Positions 58,376-63,748 of a stretch of 64,000 bases of DNA are shown here, in pieces. Numbering within the stretch: position 1 is the stretch's first letter; each line of letters starts with the position of its first letter. The position numbers and the translations under genes are program-made. The notes under the pieces are model-generated. The model was not told the DNA's origin. It searched no databases and worked only from the letters and a program-made list of their open reading frames with translations. Source of the DNA: a virus; the IMG/VR virus record IMGVR_UViG_3300027754_005988, positions 62,970 through 126,969 of that record; one strand, 5' to 3'.

Positions 58376-59092
58376 ATGAATTTTACTAACGAATTTAGAG
58401 ATTATGCTATTAAGCATATGGGGGTTTCTTCAATGGAATTATATTATTGGGAACAATTACAAGATAATATATATAATTCTACTAAAGTGTTTGGTAGTAT
58501 GACACCTATGATTCTAGAAGAAAGAGAATTGAGAGTAACACAAATGTCAGTTTTCGATAGATTGATGATGGACCGTATTATTTGGTTAGCTGGTCCAGTT
58601 AATGATAGAATGAGTACAGTCGTACAAGCGCAGCTAATGTTCTTAGATAACTTAGAGGTAAAAGATATAACCCTTCATGTAGATAGTCCAGGAGGAAGCG
58701 TTAAAAGCGGTTTATCGATAGTTGATGTTATGGATTATATTTCATCTGATTTGGTTACTATTAACACTGGGATGGCTGCATCTATGGGTAGTATTTTATT
58801 AGGTGCTGGTACAAAGGGTAAAAGACATACACTTCCACATAGTAGAGTGATGTTACACCAAGTATCTACTGGTGCATCTGGTAATCTACAAGATATTAGA
58901 GTATCAATTGCTGAAGGTGAAAAATACAATACTGAGTTATTCAGATTATTAGGTAAGTATACTGATAAAGACCCTAAACAAGTTTTAGATGATACCAATA
59001 GAGATATGTGGCTTAATGCTGATGAGGCTTTAGCTTATGGTATCGTTGATAATATTATAACAAAAAAACCCACTAAAAACGGTAAAAAATAA
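58376..59092 (+). CDS. clpP: ATP-dependent Clp protease proteolytic subunit
   Basis: DSPGG, GMAASMG (Ser), MLHQ (His), RDMW (Asp). Confidence 0.96.
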   Translation: MNFTNEFRDYAIKHMGVSSMELYYWEQLQDNIYNSTKVFGSMTPMILEERELRVTQMSVFDRLMMDRIIWLAGPVNDRMSTVVQAQLMFLDNLEVKDITLHVDSPGGSVKSGLSIVDVMDYISSDLVTINTGMAASMGSILLGAGTKGKRHTLPHSRVMLHQVSTGASGNLQDIRVSIAEGEKYNTELFRLLGKYTDKDPKQVLDDTNRDMWLNADEALAYGIVDNIITKKPTKNGKK

Positions 59093-59094
59093 TA

Positions 59095-59116
59095 AATGGG
59101 GGTTAATCCCCCCATT
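59095..59116. terminator. GC-rich hairpin immediately after clpP (terminator or processing stem, no U tract)
   Basis: AATGGGGG-TTAATC-CCCCCATT. Confidence 0.6.
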
Positions 59117-59124
59117 AATTAATT

Positions 59125-59540
59125 AGGTGGCTAATCAAAACTAAAAAAAAGAAAGGAAAATAAAATGGAAACAATGATAATAGTATCAGTTTTAACTACT
59201 CTATGTGTTGGTGCAATAATTGCTTCACTTGTGATTGCGTATATGAAGTTAGATAGAAAAGTTGATGTTACAGAATATGATAATAATATTCTTGATGTTC
59301 GTAGAAGAATTAATGAAGAGTCAAAAATGATATTTGACCTAATAGATGCTAATGTTAGAAGCTTAAATTCAGACATTGAAGCTCTACATAGAAGAATTGA
59401 TGAAGCAAAAAATCAACAAGATAAAATAGGTGAAGAGTTAAGAAGCCTTATTGATTCTAGATGTGATAAATTGGATAATAAAATAAAAAAGAGTGGTAAA
59501 ACATTACTTAATGATTAATAAAAAATAAGGTTAGCCACCT
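59125..59540. repeat. Long-range inverted repeat flanking ORF 59165-59518
   Basis: AGGTGGCTAA(TC) at 59125-59136 versus (GG)TTAGCCACCT at 59529-59540, followed by TTTT. Confidence 0.75.
59165..59518 (+). CDS. Membrane-anchored coiled-coil protein (117 aa)
   Basis: N-terminal TM IIVSVLTTLCVGAIIASLVIAY, then heptad repeats. Confidence 0.75.
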   Translation: METMIIVSVLTTLCVGAIIASLVIAYMKLDRKVDVTEYDNNILDVRRRINEESKMIFDLIDANVRSLNSDIEALHRRIDEAKNQQDKIGEELRSLIDSRCDKLDNKIKKSGKTLLND

Positions 59541-59564
59541 TTTTAATAAAAAAAATAAAACATA

Positions 59565-59595
59565 CTTGCTTTTTATTAAAACTATAGTATATTTG
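59565..59595 (+). promoter_or_regulatory. Bacteroidota-type early promoter of the tmRNA
   Basis: CTTG-N19-TATATTTG, 25 nt upstream of the predicted mature 5' end. Confidence 0.8.
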
Positions 59596-59620
59596 TATAA
59601 TAAAAGTTCTTTAAAATTCT

Positions 59621-59977
59621 GGGAATGCCAAGGTATTGATTAGGTATAGTCGTAAATGGTAAGCATGTAGTGCTAGATTGGAAGCACTTAAATCTGTCTA
59701 TTAAACAATTGAATTGACAACGATTTCATCGTATCAGAAAATTTCCTTAACGAGTGCAGCATGTCTGTAATCGAGGGAGAGGTAGCAGCTGCCTAACAAC
59801 TGTAAATGGTGGTAATCCACTAAATGATGGTATCCCATCAATGGTAGTAATCTACTAGTGGGGCCAAAACCACTATAAAAGTAAGGAAGCTTTCGGATAG
59901 TTATAAAACTATGACCTAAACATGTAGAAGGCTATTGAAGAATATTTAAGACAGGAGTTCGAGTCTCCTCATTTCCA
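59621..59977 (+). ncRNA. ssrA: tmRNA (transfer-messenger RNA)
   Basis: Acceptor stem GGGAATG/CATTTCC-A with G3.U70; T arm AGGAG-TTCGAGT-CTCCT; pk1 GTGCT/AGCAC + AGATT/AATCT; CTAAACATGTAG; tag ORF 59716-59796 ending GCA GCT GCC TAA. CCA not encoded. Confidence 0.93.
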
Positions 59978-60067
59978 CAGTGAATGTTTTGTGCTTTGTT
60001 GATATTTATAGAGTACAAAATTCTTTACAGATTCTTCCCAACAATCACCTTATGGGATAGAAATTAT

Positions 60068-60102
60068 AACCTCTAGTAAGTCGCTTTACTAGAGGTTTTT
60101 TT
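60068..60102 (+). terminator. Intrinsic terminator downstream of the tmRNA
   Basis: AACCTCTAGTAAG-TCGC-TTTACTAGAGGTT-TTTTT. Confidence 0.85.
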
Positions 60103-60120
60103 ATAAAATAGATTTTCATA

Positions 60121-60127
60121 TATTTAT
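60121..60127 (+). promoter_or_regulatory. Putative late promoter motif TATTTAT
   Basis: 15 nt upstream of ATG 60143. Confidence 0.55.
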
Positions 60128-60142
60128 TGTAAAACAAAATAT

Positions 60143-60427
60143 ATGGACAAATTTTTAAACTTTATTAAACAGGCGCTTAGCTCTGGTAGCGATGTGTCAA
60201 GTAAAAGGTTAATTTCATTATTAGCTTTTGTTATGATGGTAATAGCTTTTCTATCTAATTTATATTTTAAATTTACGATAGAAGAACATATGTTTAAGTC
60301 TATGGAATGGATTGTTGAAATTGGTATGGGTACTATCCTTATTGAGAAGTTCAGTAAGAAAAAAGATGAGCTAACTCAGGTACAATCAACTAACACACCT
60401 GATGATGAACAAACACCATTAAAATAA
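60143..60427 (+). CDS. Holin-like two-TM membrane protein
   Basis: SSKR followed by LISLLAFVMMVIAFLSNLYF and a second helix; late motif upstream. Confidence 0.55.
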   Translation: MDKFLNFIKQALSSGSDVSSKRLISLLAFVMMVIAFLSNLYFKFTIEEHMFKSMEWIVEIGMGTILIEKFSKKKDELTQVQSTNTPDDEQTPLK

Positions 60428-60453
60428 AAAAAGGACTCAATTGAGTCCTTTTT
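60426..60453. terminator. Bidirectional terminator between convergent genes
   Basis: AAAAAAAGGACTC-AATT-GAGTCCTTTTT. Confidence 0.85.
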
Positions 60454-60469
60454 AGTTATTCTGCAAATA

Positions 60470-60553
60470 TTAATTGCTTGGTGGCGGTGGTGGTGGTGTA
60501 GTTCCTTTTGGTTTTCCACAACCACAACCGAACAATACATCTTGTCTAACCAT
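60470..60553 (-). CDS. 27-aa microprotein with CGC and hexa-proline (not in ORF track)
   Basis: MVRQDVLFGCGCGKPKGTTPPPPPPSN; A-rich start context; late motif on the - strand (60589-60595); terminator downstream. Confidence 0.7.
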   Translation of the reverse strand: MVRQDVLFGCGCGKPKGTTPPPPPPSN

Positions 60554-60618
60554 GATTTCTAGTTTTAATTTTTTAACGTTATGTTATCATAAATACTTTA
60601 TTATTGCTAAATAATTAG

Positions 60619-60626
60619 TATATTTG
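60619..60626 (+). promoter_or_regulatory. Early promoter -7 element (no well-spaced -33)
   Basis: AGTATATTTG upstream of ORF 60689. Confidence 0.55.
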
Positions 60627-60688
60627 TTCTATGTTTGAAATTAAATATAGCAAACATATTTTGAATAGTAAATAAAAAAAATTAATGT

Positions 60689-60910
60689 ATGTTTAAAAAA
60701 TATCACACGGTTACAATATTAGATTCTAAATGGAAACCAATACTTACAAATGTAAAATTAACTGTTATACCAAGAGCCAATGAATACATCTATTTAAATA
60801 ATCAATATTATCAAGTTATGAATATTATACACACAATAGATAAAAAACAAGGTATTTTTATTGTTATAGGTGAAATTGTTCGACCTGATAATCATATGAT
60901 TGTTGCATAA
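60689..60910 (+). CDS. Hypothetical protein (73 aa)
   Basis: Clean ORF. Confidence 0.72.
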   Translation: MFKKYHTVTILDSKWKPILTNVKLTVIPRANEYIYLNNQYYQVMNIIHTIDKKQGIFIVIGEIVRPDNHMIVA

Positions 60911-60933
60911 TTAAAAAAATAATAGTATATTTG
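60902..60933 (+). promoter_or_regulatory. Bacteroidota-type early promoter
   Basis: GTTG-N20-TATATTTG. Confidence 0.8.
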
Positions 60934-60947
60934 TTAAAAAAATATTT

Positions 60948-61205
60948 ATGGAAAAATTAACTAATAAAAATGTTGAGGATTTTATTTATTCGTATCCAAC
61001 AAAAAACAAAGAGGGATTTATTGCGTCTGAAATAAATGACATATTAGAAAAGTATAGTATCGATAAAGATAAGTTCTATACTGCTTTAGGGGTAAATACA
61101 TGTATGCTTATTGATGGTGAAGTTGTTACTTATCATTGTGATGTACTTAAAGGGTTACGATGCGTAATTGAAAATAGAGAACAGAATTTTTTTGAATGGG
61201 ATTAA
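60948..61205 (+). CDS. Hypothetical protein (85 aa)
   Basis: Clean ORF after the promoter. Confidence 0.75.
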   Translation: MEKLTNKNVEDFIYSYPTKNKEGFIASEINDILEKYSIDKDKFYTALGVNTCMLIDGEVVTYHCDVLKGLRCVIENREQNFFEWD

Positions 61206-61216
61206 ATATAAATAAT

Positions 61217-61729
61217 ATGGAAAATAGAAATTACCCTAAGCTTTTAATCATAGGAGCAGCTAGACATGGGAAAGATAGTTTAGCTGAATTATTGAATGAA
61301 GAATTTGGTTATACTTTTGAGTCATCATCTCAGTCAGCTTCGAACATATTCTTATATGATTTATTAAAAGACAAATATGGTTATAATACACCAGAAGAAT
61401 GTTTTGAAGATAGAATAAATCATAGACAAGAATGGTATGAAGCCATTTGTAATTACAATAAATATGATAAAGCTAGATTAGCTAAAGGTATCCTAGAACG
61501 TTCAGATTGTTATGTAGGAATGCGCGACAGGTATGAGATTGAAGAATGTATGAGACAAGGTATATTTGATTTAATCATATGGGTCGATGCTTCAAATAGA
61601 TTACCAATGGAAGATGCTAGTTCATTTAATATTGATAAATCATGTGCTGATATCATAATTGAGAATGATGGTACTTATGAGCAATTTAAGGAGAAAGTAA
61701 TTAGATTAGGTAAATTATTAATAAAATAA
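61217..61729 (+). CDS. P-loop kinase, dNMP-kinase-like (start re-assigned to MENRNY)
   Basis: IIGAARHGKDS Walker A; HRQEWY; YVGMRDRYE. Confidence 0.75.
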   Translation: MENRNYPKLLIIGAARHGKDSLAELLNEEFGYTFESSSQSASNIFLYDLLKDKYGYNTPEECFEDRINHRQEWYEAICNYNKYDKARLAKGILERSDCYVGMRDRYEIEECMRQGIFDLIIWVDASNRLPMEDASSFNIDKSCADIIIENDGTYEQFKEKVIRLGKLLIK

Positions 61730-61730
61730 A

Positions 61731-61762
61731 TTTGACATATATTATTTTTAATAGTATGTTTG
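61731..61762 (+). promoter_or_regulatory. Bacteroidota-type early promoter of the PPIase gene
   Basis: TTTG-N20-TATGTTTG. Confidence 0.78.
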
Positions 61763-61792
61763 TAAATAAATAATTTTAAAATAAATAAAAAT

Positions 61793-62209
61793 ATGACAGT
61801 AACAGAAAACAGTAATGTTAAAGTACATTACACAGGTAGATTAGAAGACAATACAATTTTTGATTCATCAGAAAATAAAGAACCATTATCCGTTGAATTG
61901 GGTAAAGGTGTATTAATTCCTGGTTTTGAAAAAGGGTTACAAGGTTTAAGTGTTGGTGAAAAAAGAACAGTAACCATACCAGCAGAGGAAGCTTATGGGC
62001 CAGTTAGAGTAGAAATGATTCAAGAAGTTGAAAAGAAATTTGTACCAGAAACAGTTGAAGTAGGTCAACAATTAACAGCTCAAGGACCACAAGGTCAAAT
62101 GGTTGTTGTTGTAACTGAAGTTAAAGAAGAATCAGTTGTTTTGGACGCTAATCACCCATTAGCTGGAAAAGCTTTAATATTTGACTTAGAAGTAGTTGAA
62201 ATAGCTTAA
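61793..62209 (+). CDS. FKBP-type peptidyl-prolyl isomerase (SlyD/FkpB-like, with IF domain)
   Basis: VKVHYTGRLEDNTIFDSS, LIPGFEKGL, IPAEEAYG, LDANHPLAGKALIFD. Confidence 0.95.
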   Translation: MTVTENSNVKVHYTGRLEDNTIFDSSENKEPLSVELGKGVLIPGFEKGLQGLSVGEKRTVTIPAEEAYGPVRVEMIQEVEKKFVPETVEVGQQLTAQGPQGQMVVVVTEVKEESVVLDANHPLAGKALIFDLEVVEIA

Positions 62210-62225
62210 ACCATTAATGATAATT

Positions 62226-62250
62226 AAACCCAGATAAACTGGGTTTTTTT
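62226..62250 (+). terminator. Intrinsic terminator
   Basis: AAACCCAG-ATAAA-CTGGGTTT-TTTT. Confidence 0.85.
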
Positions 62251-62327
62251 ATTGTTGGTAAAAAATAAAAATAAATTGGTGTTATTTAACTATAGCACCA
62301 TATTTATTTTACATATAATTAAATAGA

Positions 62328-62705
62328 ATGGCAAAATATTTAGCAATTTTTAGTGATACTATTGATGAAATAGGTATTAATGGTTTCATCACAATGACAG
62401 ACAAGGAAGTTGAGCAATATGAAGAATTGGCTTCTAGTATCACATGGTATTTTACTTATAGTGTGGGTGATAATTTTGAATTAGAATTTTCAAGTGGTGA
62501 TGATTTATTAGGTAGGGTAGAATTTAAAGAAATATCTAATGATGAATTTAAAGTTTTTAAAAAACTATTTGATGGTAAATTTGGTATTTTTGTTAGTGAA
62601 GACGATTTACATAACATTATAGGTGAAGAAGAATCAGAAATAGATGAAGATGATGAAGATGATGATTTTATTTATGATAATGATAGTGAAGATGACGATT
62701 ATTAA
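62328..62705 (+). CDS. Acidic hypothetical protein (125 aa)
   Basis: D/E-rich tail; TATTTAT at 62301-62307. Confidence 0.75.
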   Translation: MAKYLAIFSDTIDEIGINGFITMTDKEVEQYEELASSITWYFTYSVGDNFELEFSSGDDLLGRVEFKEISNDEFKVFKKLFDGKFGIFVSEDDLHNIIGEEESEIDEDDEDDDFIYDNDSEDDDY

Positions 62706-62717
62706 AATATTTAGTTA

Positions 62718-62724
62718 TATTTAT
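62718..62724 (+). promoter_or_regulatory. Putative late promoter motif TATTTAT
   Basis: 14 nt upstream of ATG 62739. Confidence 0.55.
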
Positions 62725-62738
62725 AATTAAAAACAACT

Positions 62739-63371
62739 ATGCGTAAATTTGATAAAAAGATTAATTTAGCTAGAATTAATATATTAGCCGAACAAAGATA
62801 CTTAGAATCCAAAGGAATAATCAAAGAAACTATTGAAGAAGAATATTTCGATTCACGTAAACCAGTTGAAGATTATGTTGATGCTGAAGAATTAGTTGGA
62901 AAACTTTATTGGTTCCATACTAACAGAACACATAGAAACCATGGTAAAAACGGTATGGTTGGTATTTACAGTGTTGGTAAAAATGGTGAAAGGGGTGAAG
63001 CTTTAAAAATGTATACCAACGAAGTTAGAATTAAATCACCTATTTATTTTCAAACTAGTGAAAGTGGTTCTAAACGAATAAGAAACACAAAAGAAAAAGA
63101 TGGAGGTGCTGGTACTAGAACATTGGTTGCTGGTGTATCTGGTGTTGTTGCCCCTACTGATAGTGGTAACACTAGTGGTATGGAATTAGCTAATTTTAAC
63201 CCATTTGATGCAAATGCACCATGGTTTTATTTAAACAATGATAGTGAAAAGAAAGAAATAGTTTCAGCTGATGAAGTTTATTTTTATGCGACTGAAGAAG
63301 GACAATGGTTTTTCTACGTTAAAAATGCACAGTTTAGTGGTAAAAAAGGTTATGATGTAGAAACAAAATAA
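62739..63371 (+). CDS. Putative head-packaged cargo protein
   Basis: MRKFDKKINLARINILAEQRYLESKGIIKE leader followed by a globular domain. Confidence 0.6.
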   Translation: MRKFDKKINLARINILAEQRYLESKGIIKETIEEEYFDSRKPVEDYVDAEELVGKLYWFHTNRTHRNHGKNGMVGIYSVGKNGERGEALKMYTNEVRIKSPIYFQTSESGSKRIRNTKEKDGGAGTRTLVAGVSGVVAPTDSGNTSGMELANFNPFDANAPWFYLNNDSEKKEIVSADEVYFYATEEGQWFFYVKNAQFSGKKGYDVETK

Positions 63372-63390
63372 AAACTTAATTATTAAAGAT

Positions 63391-63504
63391 ATGGCAACAC
63401 ATAAAAGAAAAGCGCATGTTAGAGTTGTAAAAACAAGAAAAGGTACGACTAATAGTATAAAAGTAGTTAGAGTAAAAAAAACAAGTGTAAAAAGAAAAAA
63501 ATAA
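63391..63504 (+). CDS. 37-aa highly basic peptide (not in ORF track)
   Basis: MATHKRKAHVRVVKTRKGTTNSIKVVRVKKTSVKRKK; followed by a terminator. Confidence 0.65.
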   Translation: MATHKRKAHVRVVKTRKGTTNSIKVVRVKKTSVKRKK

Positions 63505-63506
63505 CC

Positions 63507-63539
63507 AAAAGCCTTAGACTAAAAATCTGAGGCTTTTTT
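63507..63539. terminator. Intrinsic terminator (bidirectional shape)
   Basis: AAAAGCCTTAGA-CTAAAAA-TCTGAGGCTTTTTT. Confidence 0.82.
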
Positions 63540-63550
63540 AATTTTGAGCA

Positions 63551-63718
63551 ATGGAAGAACTTGTAAGAACAATAGGAAAAGTAAAAGCTAAAAAGTTTGA
63601 AGAGCACTTTGATAAGATAGTTGACAAATATAAATTAAAAGCAAAAGAAATGGGTTACTCTGGTGTTTTAAAATTTAAAAAAGAACATGGTAATGTGTTT
63701 ATATTTGCGGTTATTTAA
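63551..63718 (+). CDS. Hypothetical protein (55 aa; not in ORF track)
   Basis: MEELVRTIGKVKAKKFEEHFDK...GNVFIFAVI. Confidence 0.6.
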   Translation: MEELVRTIGKVKAKKFEEHFDKIVDKYKLKAKEMGYSGVLKFKKEHGNVFIFAVI

Positions 63719-63748
63719 TATTTATTGTTAGATGATTAAGATAAAATA

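Noticed and set aside
95-59376. Many minus-strand ORFs in the track (e.g. 95-322, 359-625, 1551-1769, 36286-37011, 38004-38477, 46604-46933, 59131-59376) and short alternative-frame plus ORFs (e.g. 8278, 24734, 33611, 56644)
   Set aside because: They are shadows of well-supported genes on the other strand or frame, with S/F/L/I-rich antisense composition and no promoter or start context.
59804-59856. Tandem 18-nt repeats as a mini-CRISPR or DNA iterons
   Set aside because: No spacers, and they lie inside the tmRNA with stem-preserving covariation, so they are better explained as RNA hairpins.
17371-61216. Track start positions 17371, 35095, 37969, 51285, 55078 and 61196
   Set aside because: Each overlaps an upstream gene, promoter or terminator; downstream in-frame ATGs (17413, 35179, 37990, 51309, 55138, 61217) have better context.
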